This document shows positions 1-12,386 of a stretch of 64,000 nucleotides of DNA, in pieces. The notes beneath the pieces were generated by a model. That model was not told where the DNA came from, did not search any database, and saw only the letters and a program-made list of their open reading frames with translations. This DNA is from Selaginella moellendorffii (Eukaryota; Plantae; Lycopodiophyta), in the NCBI RefSeq assembly GCF_000143415.4, contig NW_003314274.1, forward strand, positions 2,214,623 through 2,278,622. Direction: 5' to 3'. Each line of letters begins with the position of its first letter. Positions within the stretch are counted from its first letter, which is position 1. The position numbers and the translations under genes are program-made.

Positions 1-504
1 GTCTGGCTCCTCAGGCGAAATATCTCCACCACCAGGCCCTGTCCAAAACTCGATTTCAAACACCTTGGTCCTTTCCCTATCACTGCCATCATTAATCCTG
101 TCACTTATCGCCTTGCACTTCCCTCCTCATATCAAATTCACCCTGTTTTTCACTCCTCTCTCCTTGAGCCTTATATTCCCAGTCCTATTCCAAATCGGGT
201 CATTCCTCCGCCTCCACCAGTGCAGCTCGAGGATGGGTCTGAGTACAAGGTTCAGGACATCCTTGATTCCAAGATTTCACGGTCTAAACTCTACTATTTG
301 GTGGACTGGAAGGGTTACGGACCTGAGAAACGCACTTGGGAACCTGCAGACAACCTACTTCATTCTCCTGACCTTGTTCAAGACTTCCACCGTCGCTATC
401 CTTCTCTTCCCAGTCCTCATTCTTTTTCTCCATCTCCCATCCCTCACCACTCATCTCATCCTCCTCTTCGTTCTCGTTCACATCCTCGTTCCACTTATTC
501 TTGA
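1..504 (+). CDS. Partial pol (integrase C-terminal domain + chromodomain), 5'-truncated by the window edge
   Basis: Open frame 1-504 that includes ORF 220..504, with GPY/F and chromodomain motifs. Confidence 0.85.
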   Translation, partial: VWLLRRNISTTRPCPKLDFKHLGPFPITAIINPVTYRLALPSSYQIHPVFHSSLLEPYIPSPIPNRVIPPPPPVQLEDGSEYKVQDILDSKISRSKLYYLVDWKGYGPEKRTWEPADNLLHSPDLVQDFHRRYPSLPSPHSFSPSPIPHHSSHPPLRSRSHPRSTYS

Positions 505-515
505 GGAGGGGGTGC

Positions 516-902
516 TGTTAGGAATCCCCCAATTCTTGCCACATTCCTGACTCTCACCGGATTCCTGACCTGCAGACCACATTCCTGACTCTCAAGACAC
601 TTCCCTATTCCTGACTCTCGAGACACTTTCCTATTCCTGACTCTCGAGAAACTTCCCGATTCCTGAGTCTCGAGCCACATTCCTGATGATGATGTGGCGC
701 CTCCTCGACCTCAGCTATATTTAGGCCGTCCTCGATCCAAGAGTGGTGGAGCTTCATCAACCTATAGTATATATAGGTTAGCCTTGTTCCATTTCTCCAC
801 AATCTGAATCAACGCCAGTCTAAGGCCTCTTCTTTGTTTCCACTAGCTTTTCTCTTTGTCTTTTTGCATTTTCCAATCTTGATCTTGTCAGAGGTCTTGA
901 CA
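516..902 (+). repeat. 3' LTR of the chromovirus, with internal ~20-26 bp tandem units (CACATTCCTGACTCTCGAGA-like) at ~540-686
   Basis: TG..CA termini with near-inverted 8-bp ends just after the PPT; TTCCTGA core repeated about 7 times. Confidence 0.8.
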
Positions 903-2484
903 GAAGGGTCTAAAATTCCTATATCTCACATAGTTAAAAGCTATTATATCAAACTTTCTTCTATTGTTTTTTAGCATTAAATATATTTTTTAAAAAACTC
1001 ATAAAAGTTTCTTAATTGCACTTAAAATTTTCAATATAAATTCTTCACAATGTGAGTGCATGGAATATGAAAATAGAATACATAAATGTGCATATTAATT
1101 ACCCCAAAAACCTAGCTTATATACAGGAACGAGTTGTCTAGATTGAAACTAATTTGATAGCTATCAAAATCCCACTACCTTTAGTAAATAGGCCAAGATC
1201 TAGAGGAACATCAAAAGGAGCTATTAGTGAATCTATAGGCAGTGCTAGTTATTCTTGATCACTTTGTACAAATTGTTTTAGTCATTGTATATGCACAATT
1301 TGCCTATTGAATGTTATGCCAAACCTCAAAAACTTGCAATCCAACTTGCTACAACACCTAATATAGTCCCTTCCACTGAGCAAGAAGCCCTTTAAACAAA
1401 CCACGTACTGTAAGATTAGGAAAATGGACTAATACTAAGTCATCCACTTTATACTCTACAAGTGAATAATGATGGGAGTTATAGCATTGTTGTTGTATTA
1501 TAGCATTGCATCACTTGAATGCAAGCTAGGTGTTTGATAGACTCTACTCGGACCAAGGACTCATCAAATATTAATCCCAAGATCTATCATCAACAGATCA
1601 TGGCAATCACGAAAGTAAACTCAACTCCGTTGATAATATTGGATTATGACTACGTCATATCTTCAATTAATAGAAAGACTTATACAGTTTCTCAATCACA
1701 CGGTGATATCCCATATGCCACTTTGAATAGAAGAATTATAAAGATATGCATGAAGTTTCTCAAAACCTCAAATTATTACTAAACATTCTTTCTCTATTGT
1801 GGAGTAGTTCACCTCCGTTGGTTGTAATGGATAACTAATGTATGCAATGGGATGGTATTGACCAGGCACACTCAGGCATCAACACACTTCCAATACCAAT
1901 TGCATCAACACATCTCCAAAACCAATATTAAAAGCATCCAAGTGCAAAATGAAAGGTTAAGTACAGTTAGAATATGTCAAAATTATAAGAGTTGTCAATA
2001 ACTCTTTGAGATCCATAAATGCTTGTTCGTAGTTGATAGACCAAATGAAAGACATTGTTGACAATTTCAATAATGCTCGCAATGGTGCAGTACGATCAAA
2101 AAGATTATCAATAAATTAGCTAAGATATTACACCTTGCCTAAGAAGTGTTGCACATCATTTATACACTTTAGAGTAGGGAACTTGAGAACAACCTTAAGT
2201 TTGTTAAGTTTAACTTTCAAACCTTCACGAGGAATACTATACATAAAATAATTGATGTTCTTGGACCTAAAGACACTTTGATTACTTCAACTTTAAACCA
2301 ACTTCTCACAACTAATCCAACACATTATGAATATCATGGATGTGTTCCTTCCAAATCAATCAAGATATCATCAATGAAGTTAGTAGTCATTTTTGGCATA
2401 TTGTAAAGAACCTTGTCCATCATCCATTAAAAAGTCACTAGAACATTGTGCAAACCAAACACCATCACCAAGAATTTGTATAAA

Positions 2485-2769
2485 TGCTTTATTTCGTTAA
2501 AGTGGAATTTATTCAGTAAAGTGGGACATTAATTAGCATGTATCCACATGCCATTTCCTAGTACTTAATTAATATTTATTAATATTTCTATCAGTTTTTT
2601 AATTTATTTTTTATATTTCACAATATTATAACACAAAATCATATGAAAAGTTTTTAATTTATAAATTATAAAGCTAAAACTTCAATTTTTTATTGTTGTT
2701 ATAAAAATGGCATGTGGGCACACTCCATAAGTGGGATAATGAAAAGTTCCACTTTAACGAAATAAAGCA
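2485..2769. mobile_element. MITE-like non-autonomous DNA transposon with 23-bp perfect TIRs and a 6-bp TSD (TATAAA)
   Basis: TGCTTTATTTCGTTAAAGTGGAA (2485-2507) and TTCCACTTTAACGAAATAAAGCA (2747-2769). TATAAA at 2479-2484 and 2770-2775. Removing the element plus one TSD restores the host RT frame FGLYKFLVM. Confidence 0.85.
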
Positions 2770-3201
2770 TATAAACCAAATGATGTATGAAAAATAATTT
2801 TAGGAATATCTTCATCGACCATTGGTATATCCAGAGCAAGATCTAACTTGGTGAATCAACAACTTCTCCTTAAACGATCGAGGAAATCAGTAGTGTGAGG
2901 TAGAGGGTATATATATGGGATTGTCATTTTATTTAATATACAATAGTTAATGCTAAAACAAATATTTTCATCAAAATTTGTTATAAAATGAGGTTCACAT
3001 GCCCAAGGACTACACAACTTTAAAGTAACACCCTTGTCTAACATCTTCTTGACATTTATACGTAAAATTGTGATCTCTTTTATGTAAGCAACCAAAGGGA
3101 ACGACTTGAGAGACGATCCATGGGGTTCAAATATAGAGGGAAAAGGCCCATGAATAAGAGTGCACCCTTTTCCAATCGGTTAAGGGTCTTGGGATAGTTG
3201 G

Positions 3202-3257
3202 AGTTAAGCATCCTTGGGTTTGAATAGTACTGGGCTGGGTGACCTCCCGGGAAGTCC
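3202..3257 (+). promoter_or_regulatory. 5S rRNA-like internal Pol III promoter (A-box/IE/C-box) in the Cassandra 5' LTR
   Basis: AGTTAAGCATCCTTGGGTTTGAATAGTACTGGGCTGGGTGACCTCCCGGGAAGTCC is colinear with plant 5S AGTTAAGCGTGCTTGGGCGAGAGTAGTACTAGGATGGGTGACCTCCTGGGAAGTCC. Confidence 0.88.
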
Positions 3258-3600
3258 AAATTCAGGAGTTTACATTTGGTATCAGAGCGGTCTCGGGTCC
3301 GACTCTATTGGTTGGCTAAGGGAATCACACCACATGTTGATTGACATCTGGCTGGTCCAGTTTGCTCCCGCTGGGCTTGACCCGAGGGGTAGGGTGTCAA
3401 GAGAGCGAGGCTCTCGGGAGAGTTGCGGCTCTCAGCTTCTGTTCACGAGGGCATGAACTTGCAGGGAAGCGTGGTGGATTGTAAGCAACCAAAGGGAACA
3501 ACTTGAGAGACGATCCATGGGGTTCAAATATAGAGGGAAAGGGCTCATGAATAAGAGTGCACCCCCTTTTCCAATCGGTTAAGGGTCTTGGGATAGTTGG

Positions 3601-3656
3601 AGTTAAGCGTCCTTGGGTTTGAATAGTACTGGGCTGGGTGACCTCCCGGGAAGTCC
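3601..3656 (+). promoter_or_regulatory. 5S rRNA-like internal Pol III promoter in the Cassandra 3' LTR
   Basis: AGTTAAGCGTCCTTGGGTTTGAATAGTACTGGGCTGGGTGACCTCCCGGGAAGTCC. Confidence 0.88.
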
Positions 3657-4711
3657 AAATTCAGAAGTTTACATTTTAGTGACTGACAACAAATATGAAC
3701 CTTAACTGGATGAGCATCCCTAGTTGGAATGGGATGATGTGTTGCAATCTTGGCCCCAGACAACAAGTCAAATTCAAAAAGATCGGCATACTCCTTCATA
3801 AGTTAATTAATTGCTAAGTATAAAGGAACAAAATGAAAAAATAGAAGGAAGCAATAAGGAGACAAAAGTGATAGAAGTAGAGGTAAAAGGAAAGAGATGA
3901 AGAAGAATAAAAATAAGAAGAATAAAAGAAATATAAAAAAGTATGAAATAAAGGGAAAAATCTTAAAGTCACATTTGGCATGATTGTGCCACAATCAATC
4001 CATACCAAGTATAAAGTCAAAAGTTTGACTTGACACCACCCATAACGATTATTTCAAGCTCAAGGTCGCCCACATGCACAACTAAGGTCTGCCTCATCCT
4101 GTGCACATGTGTGTGTATGACCGTTGCTATAAAGATTGAAAATTAGCTTTACCGCATGAGGCAAATATAGATGGCAACAGGTGGTAATAGGCCTATGAGA
4201 CACAAAATCCCTAGGCCCCAAAGTGGAGCTGGAAAGGGTGCCACGTGGTAGTGGCCGAAGTGAAAGCCAAACGAGCGTAACACGTTTGGACTAAAAGCTC
4301 CGACTTGAAAAGTCGAGAGCGGGAGTGGAACTCCCAACAAAGTGCTCAAGGAGCGAGCACAAAGCGAGCAATAAGCAAGGCTCCAAAAAGGGACCCGAAA
4401 AGGACCAACACATGACACGTGGAAGTGTCCGAGATGGAGTCCGAGACGGACCCTAGTTGGAGTCCGAGATGGACCTGAAGTGGAGTCTGATATGGAGTCC
4501 GAAGTGGAGTCCGAAATAGAGTCCGATATGGAGCCGGAGATGGACCCGAAGTGGAGTCCGAGGTGGACAAAAACGGAGTCCGAGATGGACCCGAGATGGA
4601 GTCCGAGATGGAGTCTGAGGTGGGCCGAGAAGGAGTCCGAGATAGACCCGAGATGGAGTCCGAGATGGAGTCCGAGATGGACCCGAGATGGAGTCCGAGG
4701 TGGAGTCCGAG

Positions 4712-7700
4712 TGTAAGCGACTAAATTTTCCATTCTAATTTAGTCACTTAACCACACCTCCGACCACTTGGAGGAGTCTCATTCACAACCTCCATCAGTC
4801 CAATTCAGGACTTGGGACTTGCTAGCCCCAAGAATGGCATCCATGCCACTCCACACTTGCACCTGGTCCAAGTGCTCCACGTGTCCGGTCCCGAGACCGA
4901 CACCCAAAGGTACCACTGACATCTCGGCCCGTTACGCTAAGGCCATGCCCATTCACCTTTGCTGCACCAGTGGTTCAACACCACTTGCATCACCACCTCG
5001 TCTCTCCAAGACTGGGCCATGTGTCCACGAGTGGTCATCCTAGATCCACTCCTTAGCATCCTTAGGATGCCCACAGACCTGGGGAATTGCCTTCCCCAAA
5101 GTCCCTTTGTCAGTTCCTACCAAGTCCCTTTCTGCCCCTGGCCGTGTTTGCCAACACTGCCACTGGATCGAGGCCCACAGGCCCGACCACTAAGTCCCAC
5201 GGTCCTCTGGGACTTCCTCACCACATGACTGTGTCCTTGGTCACTACCCCAGAGGACTGCTCCTCTTCCTTTCCACAGTCTGGGCCTTTGGGACAACATT
5301 TCGGAACACCGTGGCCTTACACGAGCCACCTGGGTACTCTCCCCACCTATCGCCTTTAGGTGCTCTAGCCATGGGCTTAGAGCGAGGTTCCATTGAGCCA
5401 CACTTGGTATCCAAGTAGGTAGTGCCACCCACACTTGGACTGGGAGCATCGGCCAGTCGATCTCCCGGGGGAACTAGAGCCGGCTCTTGAACACTTCACC
5501 AAGCTACCCCGCTTGTCGGTCCGTGTTCACTCTAGTCTTGGACTTCCCAGTGGGCAGCTCATCACCCAACACTGGGTCCGGCCTTTCTGGGCCAAACTGG
5601 CCTTTCCTGGCCAAACTGGCTCCACTACAGTCCTCCCCCTACATACTTTTGGAGCTCACCAAACCCCCCAGGGTCTGGGAGACGAACGCTTTGGGCTTTC
5701 ACCCTCTCAGGCTCCGGACTCGGACTCGGACTCGGACTCGGACTCGGACTCGGACTCGGAGTCGGACTCGGACTCGGGCTCGGGCTCGGTCTCGGCCTCG
5801 GCCTCGGTCTCGGTCTCAGTCCCGATCTCGGTCTCGGTCTCGGTCTCGGTCCCGGTCTCGGTCCCGGTCTCGGTCTCGACTTCGGACTCCATCTCGGACT
5901 CCATCTCGGACTCCATCTCGGACTCCATCTCGGGTCCATCTCGGGTCCAGCTCGGACTCCATCTCGGACTCCATCTCGTGTCCATCTCGGACTCCATCTC
6001 GGACTCCATTTCGGGTCCATCTCGGGTCCACCTCGGACTCCATCTCGGACTCCATCTCGGGTCCATCTCGGACTCCACTTTGGACTCCAACTCGGGTCCA
6101 TCTCGGGTCCACCTCAGACTCCACTTCGGACTCCATCTCGGACTCCATCTCGGGTCCATCTCGGACTCCACTTCGGACTCCAACTCGGGTCCATCTTGGG
6201 TCCACCTCGGACTCCACTTCGGACTCCATCTCGGACTCCATTTCGGACTCCAACTAGAGTCCATCTCGGACACTCCCACGTGTCATGTGTTGGTCCTTTT
6301 GGGTCCCTTTTTGGAGCCTCGCCTTTTTCTCGCTTCGTGCTCGTTCCTCGAGCACTTAGTTGGGAGTTCCACTCCCGCTCTTGACTTTTCAAGTCGGAGC
6401 TTTTGGTCCAAACGTGTTACGCTCGTTTGGCTCTCGCTTCGGCCACTACCATGTGGCGCCCTTCCGGCTCCACTTTGGGGCCTAGGGATTTTGTGTCTCA
6501 CAACTCCACCACCCATAGACGAAGTTCGATGTCCTCATCGAACGGTGAACCATTTTATAAAGTAACACCCGCATGTGTTACCATTTCCATCCTTGGCGCG
6601 TAGCCAATATTTGTCAATGGTGTGACATTGAAGGCTCACCATGCCTTCTCCATATTCGTCAATGGTTGGACATTGAAGGCTCACCATGCCTTTTGCATAT
6701 CCTCTAAGGAGGGTAGTCTCTCCAACTTAGAGACTGATTGGACCACATATAGTGGTTCTCTCCTTTTATTGGTTTAGTTCTCGCTAAACCTTTTAGAGAC
6801 CCTTCTCTAAGTCAATCCCACTACTCCTTCTCGAGTAGTCTCAATTTCCATCGACATAACCTTTGCACTTTGGAACTTTGAATTTTGACTTCTTGGAGTC
6901 AATTTCCTGGGTGTCTCCAACACCTTGCATTGCACAGATTGTGCGACTCCACTTCCCTATCCTAGGAAGTTCATTACTTGAGGGCACCATCATCCTCTCT
7001 TCTATTTCGTGCCACCTTGGGCACTAAGTTCCATTTATCACACTTTGTGCTAGGGTTGTCCATCGCCCTATCATTTGGCTACCTTACCGCTCCCTCCCTT
7101 GGAGCTTCCACTTTCGCCAAATCGGAGCAATTCGGAATCCCTCCTTGGAAACACACTTCCTTTCCCGCAACTTGTTAGCGTCCAACACATTAGTGTTCCT
7201 CACCTAACTTTGTCACTTGGATTCCTTTCAAGGGATTCCACGGCCCTATCTTGGCCACTCATCTTTTGCTCCTATCCGTTGATTGTTGCACCAAGCAACA
7301 TCGAATCTCTACCTCCCTCCTTGAGGTATTGTTTCAGTTCCATAGCAAAGACTCTTCTTTGCCAAGTCCGGAGGATGTTCACCCCTAGTACGTCTCTTTA
7401 GCATCTTCTGCTATGGGCTCTATCCACGGCCCAACTTCGTGACCCTCCCATGGGTCTTTTATAGAGACTACTTTCCTCGGACTCACTATGCCATCGCACG
7501 GACATAGTTTATTTCCCTTAGGTGCTCTTCCCACTTGGTTATCACAACCAAGCCACACCACCTTAAACAGTTCAATTTCAACATTTGAACCAGGAACTTC
7601 ATTCCTTAGCCAACCAAGGACCTTGTCCTTTTCTGGCCATAAGATCACCTAGTGATCTCACCTTGGCACATTAACAGAGTTGCCAAGAGGTACTTGGTTT

Positions 7701-10700
7701 TCTAGACCTCCAAGTTGTTGACTATAACCCCGGGGGCATCCCCCACACTTGGCGGTGCACCCAAGCTAGCCCTTACGGCCAAGGGTTCATAGCAACTGAG
7801 ATTAGGTGTCCCCATCTCACTCACCATGACCTTGGTGCCACTTGCACCAAAGTGTTCAAGTTAGATATGCTGAGCTTTCACACTAAGCAATCTAACCGTG
7901 CATCACGACTCCGAGGCATCCCTCGCTTGGCGGTGTGCCCAAACCAGTCTCCCCACTGAGAGTCCATGACCACCGAAATATGAGTGTCCTCATATTCCAA
8001 ACCATCACCACGCCCTAGTGATTTGGGACTCGAACCCAAGCACTAGAGGGTCGGGACTCGAACCCAACCTCCATATATGCATCTACGGACGGCATCACAC
8101 TAGATGCCTGGCGTGACTCCCCACGCCGGTGCACCAACCTATTTTTAAAGTGCGCTACAGATCACAGCTTAGGAACCTAGTTCCTCCACACTGCCAAGTC
8201 CTCTCACTTGACATGTCTGTGATCATGCATGGACTCCTCCATGCTCGGCCCCATGGCCCACCCCTTTTGAAGTTATCACCTTCAACTAGGGTCTTTGTTC
8301 CCCCGACGTGCCAATCTCACTTGGCAAGTCCTCCGACCATTGTAACATAGTTCCTGCATAAGCGTGAAAGTCCTTGACCATCGACTTTTGTTCAAAGCCC
8401 TCTCTTTGAACACTCGGGAACTACTTCCCTAACCTTGATAACCTTGCCTCATGGCAAGCTTCAAGACCACGCTTCTGTTGCGCCACTCTGATTTCGCGCG
8501 TTCCATAAACCATTTACACTTGGCCTTTCTAGGTACTACGCTACCTAGAATCGTCTTTGGGAACCTTGAAGGAACTCTGTCCCTCAGCTTGCTAAGGCCT
8601 CCCCTTTCGCAAGCTTTATAGTTGCCATATAGTCTAACATGGACAATTCCATATTTTAGACTCTCCATGGCATCACGGTTGCTAGCAACAACATCCTCGA
8701 GCACCCTCTTGCTTCTCCACTCCCAACTTTCATAACCACTGTTGGATATGTCCTTTGATTTCTATGGTTCAATTCCATCCCAATACTACTTGCCTTTGGC
8801 TTCACACCTTTCCTTCGGTCATTCTCCTCCAGACCAGGAGGATAGCTTTGCACTTTCTATCATGCCTTAGCAAGTATTCTTAGGGATGAACCTACCCAAT
8901 AGCCCAAGGAGTGGTTCCTCAATCCGGGTATGCTCAACTTATAATCCCACACACTGGGATTACATTGTTGCTTATGGGCCTTTACATGCCCATCACTAGC
9001 CTTGCCAAAATTCCATTTTTGGCTTTGTCCAACTTGGGTAGACAGTCCTCTCCTGTCTCCGCAACCTTGGACATTTGAATAGCACTTTCTATCCATCATT
9101 CGCTAGGGACTTAGTCCCTTGGGCTTTATCCATTGCCCTCGCGACATCAAACACCACCTTCTGGTGTTCTAGAGTGTTCGGGTGTCCCAATGATGGCTTT
9201 CTTGACAATGAGTATTTCCTTTTATGACATTGACTTACTATATCGCAACATAAGCAGCTTATCCCCCGTAAGGGTATATCCGACTTCCCTATATTAGAAG
9301 TCTTGGGTAGCTACCTTCTACCCGTTTAACCAGTTATTTTGCATCTCTTGCTTAGTTGCCTCATAGTTGTCAAGTCCTACAACTCATTGCTTGGTGCTTG
9401 CACACCTCCATCATTATCTGGGTCACCGCACTCCAATTGTATGCTCTGCCGCTTAGGATATGCCATTCCCATTTCCATTGGGATTCCTTTGGCAAGGGGT
9501 TCTCATGAACCCACCAACATAGCCTCAAGGTATCACACCTTGGCACATTTGGTGTCTCCACACCATCGGCTCCACGAGCCTACCTCTTTGACATTTCCCT
9601 TTCGTGTCTAAGTCTTTGCCAAGACCAACACCACTCTTTCTCATGCCAACCATCCGTTAGCACTGCCCCATAGAGGTCACACACAACTTTATGTCAAAGT
9701 TGTTTTCTTCTGGGAACACCTTTCCCATAACTTTAGCATGGCACATTTTGCCATCGATGAGATACCCTCTGTTCTCATCCTTGGGTCCTACGATCCCCCC
9801 CCATCCTTTGTGGGGTACAACACAGCTCAGTCCAAATGCTTCCATCAGTCCTTTTAGGACCATCCCTTGACTCTACTTGAGTCATCCAGCAGTTTTGGAC
9901 TTGGTTAATCCACAGACCCGTAAGGTCCTACTTGTGAGGCACTAGCTCACTGGAATACACTTCTTGCATTCCTGTCCTACTCAAAAGGACTATTTTCACA
10001 AGTGCTACTCCGACACTTGATTTTGTTCTCTGGGGGCAACCTCTGCCCCTTAGGACTACTTGTCCATGTGATGAGAATACCAACTCATCCACTTAATACA
10101 CCCCCAACTCCTTGGGTTGTTCCAGCATTTATTAGAGGTAGCCCCGGCTACCTTTTCAAGGGCTTGAGTCCTCTTCCGTATTTGACCTCCCACGGTCATT
10201 ACTTCTGGTCTCACATTCATGAGCACCAACCTCAACTATATGAGGAAAATCTTGTGACTCCTTTATTGCTTTGGAGTCTTTATCTTTCCCGTGATCCCAA
10301 CTGTAGTTGTTTACCACAACTACATTAGCCAGTTTGCTAAGTCAAACGCTCACCTGGATCACATCCTCAACTTTTTTTTTGAGGAAAACCATATACTGTT
10401 CCCAAGATCCCAAAGTCGTTCCATTATTGGCCCTTTTCTATCCACCACCCCGTCTACAAGTTCACACATGAACTGTAATGGAGAGCCATGTCTTCCCGAC
10501 TTGCTACTCCTCAAGGATAGGCCCACTCCTCGGACCTTCCGATGCCAACACTAGTGGTGATATACTTGAGCACCAATAAAAGTCAGACTAAGGAACAGCT
10601 CCGATACTAAGTTGTAAGCGACTAAATTTTCCATTCTACTTTAGTCACTTAACCACACTTCCGACCACTTGGAGGAGTCTCATTCACAACCTCCATCAGT

Positions 10701-11715
10701 CCAATTCAGGACTTGGGACTTGCTAGCCCCAAGAATGGCATCCATGCCACTCCACACTTGCACCTGGTCCAAGTGCTCCACGTGTCCGGTCCCGAGACCG
10801 ACACCCAAAGGTACCACTGACATCTCGGCCCGTTACGCTAAGGCCATGCCCATTCACCTTTGCTGCACCAGTGGTTCAACACCACTTGCATCACCACCTC
10901 GTCTCTCCAAGACTAGGCCATGTGTCCACGAGTGGTCATCCTAGATCCACTCCTTAGCATCCTTAGGATGCCCACAGACCTGGGGAATTGCCTTCCCCAA
11001 AGTCCATTTGTCAGTTCCTACCAAGTCCCTTTCTGCCCCTGGCCGTGTTTGCCAACACTGCCACTGGATCGAGGCCCACAGGCCCGACCACTAAGTCCCA
11101 CAGTCCTCTGGGACTTCCTCACCACATGACTGTGTCCTTGGTCACTACCCCAGAGGACTGCTCCTCTTCCTTTCCACAGTCTGGGCCTTTGGGACAACAT
11201 TTCGGAATACCGTGGCCTTACACGAGCCACCTGGGTACTCTCCCCACCTATCGCCTTTAGGTGCTCTAGCCATGGGCTTAGAGCGAGGTTCCATTGAGCC
11301 ACACTTGGTATCCAAGTAGGTAGTGCCACCCACACTTGGACTGGGAGCATCGGCCAGTCGATCTCCCGGGGGAACTAGAGCCGGCTCTTGAACACTTCAC
11401 CAAGCTACCCCGCTTGTCGGTCCGTGTTCACTCTAGTCTTGGACTTCCCAGTGGGCAGCTCATCACCCAACACTGGGTCCGGCCTTTCTGGGCCAAACTA
11501 GCCTTTCCTGGCCAAACTGGCTCCACTGCAGTCCTCCCCCTACTATACTTTTGGAGCTCACCAAACCCCCCAGGGTCTGGGAGACGAACGTTTTGGGCTT
11601 TCACCCTCTCAGGCTCCGGACTCGGACTCGGACTCGGAATCGGACTCGGACTCGGACTCGGACTCGGGCTCGGGCTCGGTCTCGGCCTCGGCCTCGGTCT
11701 CGGTCTCAGTCCCGA

Positions 11716-11747
<32 letters not shown>

Positions 11748-12386
11748 CCGGTCTCGGTCCCGGTCTCGGTCTCGACTTCGGACTCCATCTCGGACTCCAT
11801 CTCGGACTCCATCTCGGGTCCATCTCGGGTCCAGCTCAGACTCCATCTCGGACTCCATCTCGTGTCCATCTCGGACTCCATCTCGGACTCCATTTCGGGT
11901 CCATCTCGGGTCCACCTCGGACTCCATCTCGGACTCCATCTCGGGTCCATCTCGGACTCCACTTCGGACTCCAACTCGGGTCCATCTCGGGTCCACCTCA
12001 GACTCCACTTCGGACTCCATCTCGGACTCCATCTCGGGTCCATCTCGGACTCCACTTCGGACTCCAACTCGGGTCCATCTCGGGTCCACCTCGGACTCCA
12101 CTTCGGACTCCATCTCGGACTCCATTTCGGACTCCAACTAGAGTCCATCTCGGACACTCCCACGTGTCATGTGTTGGTCCTTTTGGGTCCCTTTTTGGAG
12201 CCTTGCCTTTTTCTCGCTTCGTGCTCGTTCCTCGAGCACTTAGTTGGGAGTTCCACTCCCGCTCTTGACTTTTCAAGTCGGAGCTTTTGGTCCAAACGTG
12301 TTACGCTCGTTTGGCTCTCGCTTCGGCCACTACCATGTGGCGCCCTTCCGGCTCCACTTTGGGGCCTAGGGATTTTGTGTCTCACA
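4712..12386 (-). mobile_element. Inner copy of the same LARD-like family, inserted inverted into the outer 5' LTR; LTRs 4712-6502 (3') and 10613-12386 (5')
   Basis: TSD CCGAG at 4707-4711 and 12387-12391. Reverse-complement PPT at 6503-6516; PBS with a G>A change (TAGTATCGGAGC on minus) next to 10613. The two LTRs are near-identical. Confidence 0.92.
5714..6270. repeat. Low-complexity satellite inside the LTR: (CGGACT)n/(CGGTCT)n hexamers and CTCGGACTCCAT 12-mer arrays; also at ~4425-4711, 11616-12155, 12387-12740, 18080-18700 and 43185-43415
   Basis: Directly visible periodic sequence in every LTR copy, with variable unit number. Confidence 0.95.

Larger units (their letters stand above)
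1..902 (+). mobile_element. 3' end of a chromoviral Ty3/gypsy LTR retrotransposon (Tcn1-like): integrase C-terminus, chromodomain, PPT and 3' LTR
   Basis: Frame +1 from base 1 reads VWLLRRNISTTRPCPKLDFKHLGPFPI..YRLALPSSYQIHPVFH (GPY/F region), then the chromodomain EYKVQDILDSK..YYLVDWKGYGPEKRTWEP, stop at 504. PPT GAGGAGGGGG at 503-512; LTR TGTTAGGA(516)..TCTTGACA(902). Confidence 0.9.
3083..3673 (+). mobile_element. Cassandra-type TRIM (non-autonomous LTR retrotransposon with a 5S rRNA-like domain in each LTR)
   Basis: LTRs 3083-3274 and 3480-3673 (TGTAA..TTACA). PBS TGGTATCAGAGC (tRNA-iMet) at 3277-3288, purine-rich tract at ~3463-3478, TSD TTTTA on both sides, 205-bp non-coding interior. 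Confidence 0.92.
1051..4193 (-). mobile_element. Highly decayed Ty3/gypsy element, left part (3' LTR remnant, integrase, RT, protease), same family as 56796-60363; interrupted by a MITE, the Cassandra TRIM and the large LTR element
   Basis: 1051-1180 aligns by eye to LTR 56796-56966. Minus-strand RT remnants (SPWACEPHF..FSINY..LNKMT..YPLP; FGLYKFLVMVFGL) with many stops. Confidence 0.8.

Noticed and set aside
3202-3656. 5S rRNA genes
   Set aside because: Only the internal ~56-bp region matches, inside LTRs; the 5S 5' part and the T-run terminator are absent.
4425-6270. Regular repeats that might look like a CRISPR array
   Set aside because: No unique spacers, no cas genes, eukaryotic LTR context.
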